A stretch of 34,758 bases of DNA, taken from the IMG/VR virus record IMGVR_UViG_3300045988_102610, positions 1 to 34,758 of that record; one strand, 5' to 3'. Position numbers and translations under genes: made by a program. Positions 24,224 through 31,943 of the stretch are shown in pieces. The stretch is from a virus. A model generated the notes under the pieces. The model was not told the origin of the DNA. It saw nothing but the letters and a program-made list of their open reading frames with translations, and ran no database searches. Numbering within the stretch: the stretch's first letter is position 1; the number at the start of each line of letters is the position of its first letter.

Positions 24224-24457
24224 TTAATAAGACAAACTCAATTCAAATTTATCACACCAATACGCATAAGCTTCTAATTCTTCAAGAATATCTTTGTATC
24301 CTTTACCTTTAAAAAGATACATTGTACACAATATCAAGTGATAATAAGAAATAAATCCCGAATAATTTCGCATAAACTTAATTGTTAAGTCAATTTCTTC
24401 TCGAGTTAACTTTCCTCTTGCTAATTTAACAAATTTGCGTTGACTAATTTTTTCCAT
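24224..24457 (-). CDS. Hypothetical protein (77 aa)
   Basis: RBS GGAGGAA 5 nt before the ATG. Confidence 0.6.
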   Translation of the reverse strand: MEKISQRKFVKLARGKLTREEIDLTIKFMRNYSGFISYYHLILCTMYLFKGKGYKDILEELEAYAYWCDKFELSLSY

Positions 24458-24459
24458 TT

Positions 24460-24621
24460 TTATTCCTCCTCAAACTCGTATTGCTTACAACTTTCGATAG
24501 CTTCGAAAATATCCTCATTACTCATACCAAAGCCCCATTCACCATTTCTGCCACTTTTGACCGAATAACTTTTTTCTTGAACTTCTTGTATAAGTTCATC
24601 AACTGAAACAAACATACCCAT
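24460..24621 (-). CDS. Hypothetical small acidic protein (53 aa; not in track)
   Basis: Hand translation MGMFVSVDELIQEVQEKSYSVKSGRNGEWGFGMSNEDIFEAIESCKQYEFEEE. AAGGAG lies about 13 nt upstream. Confidence 0.45.
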   Translation of the reverse strand: MGMFVSVDELIQEVQEKSYSVKSGRNGEWGFGMSNEDIFEAIESCKQYEFEEE

Positions 24622-24638
24622 TACGCTTTTTACACTCC

Positions 24639-24983
24639 TTATCGTATATAAACTACAATAGCTTTAATAAATTTTTTCTTAGACAATTCATTATTAACAA
24701 GTTCGTCCCATTCTTTAATCGTCATTTCAATAACACTTTTGTCATTAGCCAAAAGCATTTCTTCAATTTCTTCTCTGTAATCGTCTTTGTCAATATATGC
24801 ACTTTTATATAAAGTAACTTCGTCTATTTTACAACCAGTTACCCTTCCCATTTGCATATAGTCGCCTTCTTCCAAATCGTCGCTACAATGAAAAATCAAT
24901 AACGGCAATTCAGGATTTTCAACAATCAACCTTTTCAATTCTGCTGTATTTTTCAAAGAAACATTAAATTCTTTATCATCCAT
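24639..24983 (-). CDS. Hypothetical protein (114 aa)
   Basis: RBS AAAAGGGG. Overlaps the stop of the upstream gene. Confidence 0.6.
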   Translation of the reverse strand: MDDKEFNVSLKNTAELKRLIVENPELPLLIFHCSDDLEEGDYMQMGRVTGCKIDEVTLYKSAYIDKDDYREEIEEMLLANDKSVIEMTIKEWDELVNNELSKKKFIKAIVVYIR

Positions 24984-25245
24984 ACAATAACCCCTTTTCC
25001 ATCATAACCCATTCACCATAAGAATAACGTGTTCCGTGTTCTTCGTTATATGCTCTTAATTCGCGTAATTTCGCGTCTAAGCTGTTTTTTCTCTTGGCGG
25101 GTTCTTTTACGTTTTTACTCTGTTCGTGTCTGCTACGCTTAATCTCGTTCTTATCACCGCATATTTCGCATAATTGCTTACGAGAGTTAAACGTTACGAA
25201 CTGTTTTCCGCAAGTTCTGCACTTTTTGAAGTACTGTTTAACCAT
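24976..25245 (-). CDS. Hypothetical zinc-ribbon protein (89 aa)
   Basis: CRTCGKQF..LCEICG gives two CxxC pairs, followed by a basic linker. Confidence 0.6.
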   Translation of the reverse strand: MVKQYFKKCRTCGKQFVTFNSRKQLCEICGDKNEIKRSRHEQSKNVKEPAKRKNSLDAKLRELRAYNEEHGTRYSYGEWVMMEKGLLYG

Positions 25246-25468
25246 TTTTTATTATTCCTTTCTTTTGAAGATATTCGAGCGTTACACGTTCAAACTCGTT
25301 TCGCTCCGTGTCGTTCAACGGAATTCTTGACGCTATTCCGTGTTGCTCCTTATATCTCAAATAAATCTTGTTAATTAACGGATGGTTTACGTTCAGCTTG
25401 TACCCATACGGATTGTTATAGTTCAACATCTGTACCGGTTCAGGCTTTCTGTTTTGGTTCCAACTCAT
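25238..25468 (-). CDS. Hypothetical protein (76 aa)
   Basis: ATG 25468 overlaps the upstream stop. The track start at 25519 lies inside the previous gene. Confidence 0.5.
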   Translation of the reverse strand: MSWNQNRKPEPVQMLNYNNPYGYKLNVNHPLINKIYLRYKEQHGIASRIPLNDTERNEFERVTLEYLQKKGIIKNG

Positions 25469-25668
25469 TTGCCTACCAACTTCCATACAACACATTTGTC
25501 TGTAACTGTGTCGAACCACTCGCAGTTTCTAACACATTCTTGACGAGTTAGCGGACATTTCTTAACGATTTCAATTTTTTTATTATCGTTTTCAAGTATG
25601 CACTTGTTAAAGTTGCAATGCTTACCCTTTCGCACTAAGCAATTCAATTCAGGATATTCACATTTCAT
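25465..25668 (-). CDS. Hypothetical Cys-rich protein (67 aa)
   Basis: ATG 25668 follows GAGGTGG. 9 Cys in 67 aa (MKCEYPELNCLVRKGKHCNFNKC...). The longer track ORF overlaps the rep gene out of frame. Confidence 0.55.
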   Translation of the reverse strand: MKCEYPELNCLVRKGKHCNFNKCILENDNKKIEIVKKCPLTRQECVRNCEWFDTVTDKCVVWKLVGK

Positions 25669-26443
25669 TTTTCGCCACCTCGTCAAACATTGAATAATTT
25701 TCGTATTCTTCCACGTTGTATGATTTCGTTCCACTATAACCGTTTTGGTTTGTGTGTGGTCGTTCTCTTTCATTCCATCTGTCCGCCAACTTCTTCCAAT
25801 CGACTGCAACGCCTTTATATTTCCAATCGTACGCGTCATAGTAATTAAAAAATTTATCGCAATCAAAGTTGTAATTTTGGCTATCACAATAATTTTTTAT
25901 TTCTGTTTTTGTTGGTTTTGTTTTTGTTGCGATTTTTGTCGTTTTTGCGTCATTTTCGCAATTCACGTTTTCGCCTAAACAGTTAGTTTTATTATTTTTA
26001 ATATTATTTTTAACTGGTACCCATTTTTGAGTAGTCTGACTACCCATTTTTGAGTAGTCAAGGACTACCCATTTTTGAGTACCCTCTACCCATTTTTGAG
26101 TATACCCATTTTTGAGTAGTCGAGTGCCGTTTTTATCGACCCATTTTTCATAATTTTTGTTAATCGAAAATGACTTGATTGCGTTACCGCTACCGCGTGA
26201 AATTATCATATTGTAAGCCGTTAAAGATTTCAAAACGCGTCTTACAGTTTTAACCGGTATATTTGTACCATCTGCAATATAACTAGCTGACAATGTTCGA
26301 TATTTAGTCTTGAAACCGTACGTCATATGAATTATGTAACTAAACACGCGAAACTCCGCACCGCTCAAATCGACACTATAAAGAGCGGTAAAGAGTTCGT
26401 TCGCGATTTGTATATAGCCGTTTTCAAGCTGAGGACTAGCCAT
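25658..26443 (-). CDS. Replisome organiser / replication initiator (phage_rep_org_N-like) containing the origin iterons
   Basis: N-terminus ENGYIQIANELFTALYSVDLSGAEFRVFSYIIHMTYGF matches the replisome-organiser winged-helix signature. The central TQKWV peptide repeats are encoded by the iterons. Confidence 0.8.
   Translation of the reverse strand: MASPQLENGYIQIANELFTALYSVDLSGAEFRVFSYIIHMTYGFKTKYRTLSASYIADGTNIPVKTVRRVLKSLTAYNMIISRGSGNAIKSFSINKNYEKWVDKNGTRLLKNGYTQKWVEGTQKWVVLDYSKMGSQTTQKWVPVKNNIKNNKTNCLGENVNCENDAKTTKIATKTKPTKTEIKNYCDSQNYNFDCDKFFNYYDAYDWKYKGVAVDWKKLADRWNERERPHTNQNGYSGTKSYNVEEYENYSMFDEVAKNEM
26019..26152. repeat. Iteron array (putative origin of replication) inside the rep gene
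   Basis: ACCCATTTTTGAGTA occurs 5 times, starting at 26019, 26042, 26067, 26088 and 26104. A degenerate sixth copy, gACCCATTTTTCATA, is at 26139-26152. Confidence 0.8.
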
Positions 26444-26900
26444 TTAAACCGCCTAGAATTTTGATAATCGCGCGACCCGTTTCGGCTTTCGAACAAAACA
26501 AAAATTCAGTATCAAAAGTATCACTAATTATTTTAAGTGTCTTATGTAGCTGAACGCCTGAAACCGCTTTAGGACTTGTTTTTAAACGCGGGTTTGTCCA
26601 ATTCCGAACGTCGTCTAATCGGCGCACATTTCCACCGTGTTCGATTAAAAACACAATCCTTATTCCGTATTGCTTCGCGCGTTTAAGTTCACGTATGAAG
26701 CGTGCGCGGTCTTGTGTGACGTTATTGCAAATCTCTTGCAAGTTTTGCTTTCTGTCAACAACTAGACGCGGGTTATCCAAATTCATATAATCACCAACAA
26801 ACAATTTTGATTTGAAGTATTCCACATTTTTACCATCAAATGTGGAAAGAATTGCTTGTATAGCTTTTTCTTTTTCTCTTGTGTCGATTTGTATAGTCAT
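26436..26900 (-). CDS. ERCC4-type (Mus81/Hef-like) nuclease, probable branched-DNA resolvase
   Basis: IDTREK..VGDY..VVDRKQNLQEI..R..IRELKR..IVFLIEHGG follows the ERCC4 GDx(n)ERKxxxD layout. Confidence 0.6.
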   Translation of the reverse strand: MTIQIDTREKEKAIQAILSTFDGKNVEYFKSKLFVGDYMNLDNPRLVVDRKQNLQEICNNVTQDRARFIRELKRAKQYGIRIVFLIEHGGNVRRLDDVRNWTNPRLKTSPKAVSGVQLHKTLKIISDTFDTEFLFCSKAETGRAIIKILGGLNG

Positions 26901-26923
26901 TTTTTCAACCTCGATAATAAAAA

Positions 26924-27358
26924 TTAAAATGGTAAGTCGTCGTCCTCAGGCATTGGCACATATTCGCCCGTTACTGAACCAACCGCGGGTGCTGTCGCTT
27001 GTGGCTGTTGTGTATAGCCGTTGCTTTGACTGTTTCCGCTTTGTTTTTTGCCCAGCGGAAATTCGACGTTATCAACTTGTACTTTGTAGCTGATTCTATT
27101 TGTGCCGTCGTCGGCTACCCATTTTTCCGACATCAGACGACCGCGTAAAACTACGCCGTCGCCCTTGTTAAAATACTGCTGTACAAAATTCGCAGTACCT
27201 CGCCACGCCACACACGGAATAAAATCCGCTTGAACCTCGCTATTTTTTGAATAAGGTCGATTAACTGCAACCGTGAATGAAGTTACATCAATTCCCGAAT
27301 TAGTCTGTCTGTGTTCAGGGTCTGCGGTAAGTCTGCCCGCTAGCACGATACTGTTCAT
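26924..27358 (-). CDS. ssb: Single-stranded DNA-binding protein
   Basis: The OB-fold N-terminus MNSIVLAGRLTADPE, a Gln/Gly-rich linker and the canonical acidic tail DDDLPF are all present. Confidence 0.95.
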   Translation of the reverse strand: MNSIVLAGRLTADPEHRQTNSGIDVTSFTVAVNRPYSKNSEVQADFIPCVAWRGTANFVQQYFNKGDGVVLRGRLMSEKWVADDGTNRISYKVQVDNVEFPLGKKQSGNSQSNGYTQQPQATAPAVGSVTGEYVPMPEDDDLPF

Positions 27359-28134
27359 TATTCAAACTCCATTTCTGCTAAGCTAATTGGTTTTGTTAGC
27401 ACTTTAGTTTCCTTGCAAAAGTCGCATTTTTCGCAACGCGGTGCGGGAAAAATTCCTTTTTTCATTCCGTCGTACAACTGCACATTCTTTTTAAAACGCT
27501 CTAGTTCAACGTCTAGATAGCTTTGCGGGATTTCAATTACTGCCAAATCGGGAGTAGTTTCCTTGGTGATTGCGCAAATAAAAAACGGTAGTTGCTTTCC
27601 TGTGTTCTGTCGCACGATTTCTTGATAAACCGCGCCTTGTAGGTCATATCCCCACGCCTCGACGAAATTCAAGCGTCCTTTTTCTTCAACGTAAATCGGT
27701 TTAAAATCTTTCATACACTTTAAGTCGGTTATACAAACATCAGGTTGATAAGCGTCGATTTTGATTTTAACCGGTACGCCCTCAATTTCGCCTGTCATAA
27801 TAACTTGCTTTTCGCCTTCCATATAAGACATAAACAAGCCGTCTTGTTCCGCGCGATTAATAATTCTTTCTGCGTTTCTGTAGTCCGCGCGTAAGTCGCC
27901 TTTCAATGTAAAAATTTCAGGGTTTTGCGCTTTGAATAAGTCCAAAGAACCTTCAAAATGCGCGTCCACGTATGAACCAACCAAAAACGCTGTTGATTTT
28001 GGCTTTGTATATGTACCTCGCAATTCCGCAAGTGTTGAAGCCGGGCAATTTTCAAACGCCTTGAACTGAGAAACACTCATATACTGCTTGTTGCTTTCCG
28101 GACTAAAGTAATTTTCGCTTGTAAGTTTAATCAT
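27358..28134 (-). CDS. PD-(D/E)XK exonuclease, Cas4/RecB-like with Cys cluster
   Basis: KIDAY..ITDLKCMKD (D..D-x-K) and QGAVYQ (QxxxY) motifs. An N-terminal Cys (FENCP) and C-terminal CEKCDFC are present. Confidence 0.75.
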   Translation of the reverse strand: MIKLTSENYFSPESNKQYMSVSQFKAFENCPASTLAELRGTYTKPKSTAFLVGSYVDAHFEGSLDLFKAQNPEIFTLKGDLRADYRNAERIINRAEQDGLFMSYMEGEKQVIMTGEIEGVPVKIKIDAYQPDVCITDLKCMKDFKPIYVEEKGRLNFVEAWGYDLQGAVYQEIVRQNTGKQLPFFICAITKETTPDLAVIEIPQSYLDVELERFKKNVQLYDGMKKGIFPAPRCEKCDFCKETKVLTKPISLAEMEFE

Positions 28135-28621
28135 TGTTTTTTACCTCTTTCGCTTTAGCTGTCGCGCAGTCTGCGCAAAGTTTACAGCCGTATTTTTGTT
28201 TTGTGTAAACAGCCATTTGCTCGGCTGTCATATTACCAATAGCGTGTATTTCGCGCCCGCAGTTTTCGCACTTGATTACTGCTGTGCTTGGTACTAGCTT
28301 TCTAACTCTCAGCGCGTCCACAACTTCGCCGAACGCCTTAACCTTTTCAATACCAATTTGGATTTTTTTGCCCGCCCAATCCTCGATATAAGGTGTTTTG
28401 TATATCTTCGCGATTGTTTTCATATTTGTGGCTTTCAAAATCATAGGCTTTTGCTTCTCAATAAAGTGACAAACTGTGCATTCTTCCTTTTTCCCGCCTT
28501 CGCCTACGACCATTTCATTACCGACGGACTTAATCGTTAAGATTAAGTCGCGTCCGTCCTCGATTGAGTAAGCCCCTAAATATTTCGGGTTTGTTAGCTT
28601 CTTCCAATGTGTGTGTGCCAT
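28127..28621 (-). CDS. Hypothetical protein with C-terminal zinc ribbon (164 aa)
   Basis: CENCG...CKLCADC. It sits between the ATPase and the nuclease in the recombination block. Confidence 0.6.
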   Translation of the reverse strand: MAHTHWKKLTNPKYLGAYSIEDGRDLILTIKSVGNEMVVGEGGKKEECTVCHFIEKQKPMILKATNMKTIAKIYKTPYIEDWAGKKIQIGIEKVKAFGEVVDALRVRKLVPSTAVIKCENCGREIHAIGNMTAEQMAVYTKQKYGCKLCADCATAKAKEVKNND

Positions 28622-28637
28622 ACCTTTTTCACCTTTC

Positions 28638-30068
28638 TTATAGTTCTGTTACGAGTAATTCGCTATCGTTAGTTGTGCGAGTTGCGATAAACTGTAAGCC
28701 TTTTTCCTTGCATTTCGCGTAAAGCTTTTGACGACTTTCGTCGTCTAGCTTTTCCGTACCGTCAATCAAAATAATTTGTAAATGAGACGGATTGTTTATA
28801 GCTATGTCAACGCATAATTCGAGTAATTCACCGTCGGAACGGTTGGAAATTGGTAAGCCATTAATAAGCGGAATACCATCTTCCACGGTTAAACCTTCAA
28901 CCGGTAGTGTAGCGCTTTCAAGTATCATCCCCGGTAATTCTCGAGCGAGTTCGATTTTATCGGTGTATTCTTCGCTTTGTTCCTTTAACTTCTCGATTTC
29001 GGCGTGCATTGTTAGCATTCTGCTGTATTCGTTTAAGTGTTTCATCATTTCTTCGGCTGTATTAATTTCGGTTGTTAATTCATCAGTTGACACAGTTTCC
29101 ATTGACGCGTATTTATTCGCAACGTCAACGTCAGCGTCTAACTTTGCCTTAGCTGTCTCATAGTTAGCGTTAGCTAAATTAACCTTGTCTTGTAATCTGT
29201 CGTCAATGCTTCCTAACTTGTCTTTACAAGCTGAAATTTCTGCTTGTAGTCGTGCGATAGTCGAATTTAAGTTATCCTTTTCAACGTTTATTGCACGTTC
29301 AGCACTCGCAATTTCAACTTCTCGATTTGCTTCAATTCCGCGCAATTTGTTGTTGTAGCCTTCGCGAAATGCTCGAGCGCGTTCAATTTTGTTGTTGTTG
29401 TCGCGAATTCTCATAAGTTCAGCGTATTTGGCGGATAAGTCGTAATTCTTCCACTTGTCTGCCTGATAGCCTTCCGGTATATCCTTCGCAATATCTTCAA
29501 CGAACGCCCTTTTATTGCGAATTTCTCGGTTAATATCCTGCCTGCTCTGAAAGTACACACCATTCTCTGATTGAATATCATTAAGGATTTGAAGAATATT
29601 CTGTTCATAATTGACACCTTGTGGAATTTCGCCGAACTGTTCCTTAATCCAATTCATATCCCAATCAAAATGGATTAAATCTAAAATCGCGCGGTTTTGT
29701 TCATTCTTAGACATCTGCGTAAACTCGACGGGATTTAGCTGTAGCGGTGTTACGATTGACTTTAAAAAGCTTTCAGGACGTGTTACGCGTTCGCCGTTGT
29801 TGCTAACATTTATCGCATTAGCCTTGTTAGTTCTTGCCTTTCGGTCAATTCGCAAGCCCGTATCAGTTTCAACGATAATTTCGCCTTCATTTTCGCCTTC
29901 TTTAACAACCCACGTGCGCTCTGAGTTGTTTGTTAGCGCAAATCGGATTGCGTCAAGTGCGGACGTTTTTCCCGTGCCTTTCTTGCCTGTAATTTCGACG
30001 CTCTGTCCGTCAAGTGTCTTTTCACTGATTCCATACAAGTTCTTAATACTGATTTTTACTGTTTTCAT
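28638..30068 (-). CDS. SMC/Rad50-like AAA ATPase with long coiled-coil insert
   Basis: ATG 30068 follows GAAGGAG. Walker A GKKGTGKTSALDAI, a coiled-coil of about 200 aa, and C-terminal QIILIDGTEKLD (Walker B / D-loop like). Confidence 0.75.
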   Translation of the reverse strand: MKTVKISIKNLYGISEKTLDGQSVEITGKKGTGKTSALDAIRFALTNNSERTWVVKEGENEGEIIVETDTGLRIDRKARTNKANAINVSNNGERVTRPESFLKSIVTPLQLNPVEFTQMSKNEQNRAILDLIHFDWDMNWIKEQFGEIPQGVNYEQNILQILNDIQSENGVYFQSRQDINREIRNKRAFVEDIAKDIPEGYQADKWKNYDLSAKYAELMRIRDNNNKIERARAFREGYNNKLRGIEANREVEIASAERAINVEKDNLNSTIARLQAEISACKDKLGSIDDRLQDKVNLANANYETAKAKLDADVDVANKYASMETVSTDELTTEINTAEEMMKHLNEYSRMLTMHAEIEKLKEQSEEYTDKIELARELPGMILESATLPVEGLTVEDGIPLINGLPISNRSDGELLELCVDIAINNPSHLQIILIDGTEKLDDESRQKLYAKCKEKGLQFIATRTTNDSELLVTEL

Positions 30069-30147
30069 TCGCTTTACTCCTTCTTGACTTATCACGACTA
30101 TTTGTGTATAATAGTGATAAACCTTTTTTATTATTAATTTCGAAAAG

Positions 30148-30182
30148 CCGTTGAGAAGTTTTCCGACTTCTCAGCGGTTTTT
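30148..30182. terminator. 12-bp hairpin plus T5 overlapping the 3' end of the gene at 30171-30377
   Basis: CCGTTGAGAAGT pairs with ACTTCTCAGCGG. This gives a G-U wobble on the plus-strand RNA and a C-A mismatch on the minus strand. The T5 run follows on the plus strand and CTTTTCG on the minus strand. Confidence 0.45.
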
Positions 30183-30377
30183 CCTTTTCACGCTCAAAGT
30201 TTTGCGGTTGCTGAACGGATAAGGCTCGTCAACAACCTTTTTGTCACAATTGTCAGCGGGGCAACCTCTAGATTTCCCCGTTATCAGCATATAGTGACAA
30301 AACTTAATGCCACCGCCTGACTTTGTGTCGTTACCGTCTTTGTGATAAATGCAACCTTTGCAACTTTTTCTATTCAT
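30171..30377 (-). CDS. Hypothetical Cys-rich protein (68 aa)
   Basis: ATG 30377 follows AAAGGTG. CKGCIYH..FCHY..GCPADNCDK has a layout similar to the gene at 23536-23709. Confidence 0.6.
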   Translation of the reverse strand: MNRKSCKGCIYHKDGNDTKSGGGIKFCHYMLITGKSRGCPADNCDKKVVDEPYPFSNRKTLSVKRKNR

Positions 30378-30440
30378 TTTTGCACCTTTTTTCTTTGTAA
30401 AGTTGCAACGCATTTCTATAAGCTTCTGCTACAATTACAC

Positions 30441-30662
30441 TCATTGCGTTTTCGTTTGAATTTTGACACATTGACAAAAAAGTTCTGTAAATAATGCAAT
30501 TAATTCTATCGCAGAAGCTGACACACTTGCAGTTGCGAAAATTCTTTCTTTTTCGTTGTCTTTAACACCTGTTGTCAGCGTATAAGTATCAACACCATTT
30601 TCTTTCATTATGTTTTCAACTGCTGTATGTACTTTTGCAACAATTTCGTCATATTTCTGCAT
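30441..30662 (-). CDS. Hypothetical protein (73 aa)
   Basis: ATG 30662 follows AAAGGGCGGG. The track start lies inside the upstream gene. Confidence 0.5.
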   Translation of the reverse strand: MQKYDEIVAKVHTAVENIMKENGVDTYTLTTGVKDNEKERIFATASVSASAIELIALFTELFCQCVKIQTKTQ

Positions 30663-30918
30663 AAATACCCGCCCTTTCGAATTGTTTATAAAAATCGTCC
30701 GCATAGCACCAATACTCATAGTCACCAAGTTCTATTGCTGTTTTACTGTCATTTTCGTTACAATTTAACGCTTGATATTTCTTAGACCATTTAAGTTCCA
30801 CAATATTTCTAAAAATCCCAACAAATTCAATTACAGAATTAAGCAATATAACTTTACAATCGCGGTTCGGCTTGCGTTCCGTAGTCTTATACCACTTAAC
30901 TTTATTAATCTGTTTCAC
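30649..30918 (-). CDS. Hypothetical protein, possibly DUF551-like (89 aa)
   Basis: GTG start follows AAAGGGGAA. KWYKTTERKPNRDCKVILL resembles the DUF551 N-terminal pattern. Confidence 0.45.
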   Translation of the reverse strand: MKQINKVKWYKTTERKPNRDCKVILLNSVIEFVGIFRNIVELKWSKKYQALNCNENDSKTAIELGDYEYWCYADDFYKQFERAGIYAEI

Positions 30919-31216
30919 TGATTAATTCCCCTTTCAATTCAATTTTGATTTCCTCGACTTCTGCGCCGATATTTTCTTCGAAACGTCTCTTTATTCGCTG
31001 TGATTTAGTGATACAGACGTTTTTTAAATCGTCGTGAAATTCGTCGATAAAATCACGAACGGCGTATGGTAAGCCGTACACGGTTAATAAATACAACACC
31101 GGTATAAGATAGATACCGCCGTTTTTTGTGTTAAAATTCACGCCTAAAGCTTGACCGATTACGACCGTCGCCAATATCGTTATAGCAAGTCCGATAAGCT
31201 TAACTTTATTCTTCAT
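30905..31216 (-). CDS. Hypothetical two-TM membrane protein (103 aa)
   Basis: Hydrophobic segments LIGLAITILATVVIGQALG and IYLIPVLYLLTVYGLPYAV. RBS GGAG. Confidence 0.65.
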   Translation of the reverse strand: MKNKVKLIGLAITILATVVIGQALGVNFNTKNGGIYLIPVLYLLTVYGLPYAVRDFIDEFHDDLKNVCITKSQRIKRRFEENIGAEVEEIKIELKGELISETD

Positions 31217-31436
31217 TTTCCAACTCCTTTAAAAGTCTTTCGCGTGCGTCCTGATTATCTTTAACCATTCCGACTAAGTGTGCTTGTTCGTTCAAAAAAT
31301 TTTGAGCTTCTTTAATTGATTTCAACCACTCATTTCGCAACCATTTAACTTCTTGTTGCTTAAGTTTGATTATCATTGTTAAGCAAATAACAGACAAAAT
31401 CAAACAGAAGATAGCAAAAGCTAATAAATAGTTCAT
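31206..31436 (-). CDS. Hypothetical N-terminally anchored membrane protein (76 aa)
   Basis: TM segment YLLAFAIFCLILSVICLTMII followed by a charged helix. RBS GAGGTGA. Confidence 0.65.
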   Translation of the reverse strand: MNYLLAFAIFCLILSVICLTMIIKLKQQEVKWLRNEWLKSIKEAQNFLNEQAHLVGMVKDNQDARERLLKELENEE

Positions 31437-31440
31437 TTTA

Positions 31441-31605
31441 TCACCTCTTTTCTTTCTGCTGTTCGCGCCTTAAAAATGCTTGAAGCACCACACGCGCGAA
31501 CGGCTCGACTTGTTCTGATTTTTCTCGATTTGGAGCGGTTCGGAGCGGTTCAGACTTCCCAAAACTTCCGTCCGCGTTGCGCTTAATAATAACCGCGTCC
31601 CCCAT
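31441..31605 (-). CDS. Hypothetical small protein (54 aa; not in track)
   Basis: Hand translation MGDAVIIKRNADGSFGKSEPLRTAPNREKSEQVEPFARVVLQAFLRREQQKEKR. TAATG overlap upstream. RBS AAAGGGGG. Confidence 0.45.
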   Translation of the reverse strand: MGDAVIIKRNADGSFGKSEPLRTAPNREKSEQVEPFARVVLQAFLRREQQKEKR

Positions 31606-31754
31606 TATTTAGCCCCCTTTTCTTCGCTTTTCTCTTTAGCTTTCTTGCTTGCTAATCCAATAACAATGCCATTAATAAAAGCTTGGTCGTTGCTGTCCAT
31701 CTTCTTAATTAACTCCGCAAGTGTTAAAGCCTTAATTTCGTTAGTGTTAGTCAT
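31605..31754 (-). CDS. First gene of the leftward early operon (49 aa; Cro-position protein, no clear HTH; not in track)
   Basis: Hand translation MTNTNEIKALTLAELIKKMDSNDQAFINGIVIGLASKKAKEKSEEKGAK. RBS AAGGA lies 9 nt upstream. Confidence 0.5.
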   Translation of the reverse strand: MTNTNEIKALTLAELIKKMDSNDQAFINGIVIGLASKKAKEKSEEKGAK

Positions 31755-31820
31755 TTAATCACATCCTTTTTGTTGTGTTTGTAATACTTTTTTGTCGTTC
31801 TCTTTCGTATCACTAATCTT

Positions 31821-31848
31821 ATTATACCATATAATGTAGGATTGTCAA
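31821..31848 (-). promoter_or_regulatory. Leftward early promoter (TTGACA-16 nt-TATAAT)
   Basis: The -35 is at 31848-31843 and the -10 at 31826-21 on the minus strand. It is back-to-back with the repressor promoter. Confidence 0.65.
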
Positions 31849-31882
31849 CACAAAATTTAATATTTTTTATTCTTTTTTTGTA

Positions 31883-31911
31883 TTGACAACCCGACAACAA
31901 AATAGTATAAT
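31883..31911 (+). promoter_or_regulatory. Rightward repressor promoter (TTGACA-17 nt-TATAAT)
   Basis: TTGACA at 31883-88 and TATAAT at 31906-11. It is followed by AAAGGTGGTGA and the ATG at 31944. Confidence 0.7.
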
Positions 31912-31943
31912 ATAATTAATCTAATAATAAAGGTGGTGATACA

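Noticed and set aside
25669-25887. Upstream part of track ORF 25465-25887, which overlaps the rep gene
   Set aside because: It is out of frame with and nested in the replisome-organiser gene. A strong SD (GAGGTGG) precedes the internal ATG at 25668, giving a compact 67-aa Cys-rich protein.
26019-26152. Possible CRISPR-like array (regularly spaced repeats)
   Set aside because: The repeats are only 15 bp with 1-10 bp between the five perfect copies (20 bp before the degenerate sixth). They lie in frame inside the rep gene and have no leader or cas context. These are replication iterons.
28792-30087. Plus-strand ORFs 28792-29163 and 29611-30087 opposite the ATPase gene
   Set aside because: The same shadow-ORF pattern applies. 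There is no SD, and the minus-strand product has clear Walker motifs.
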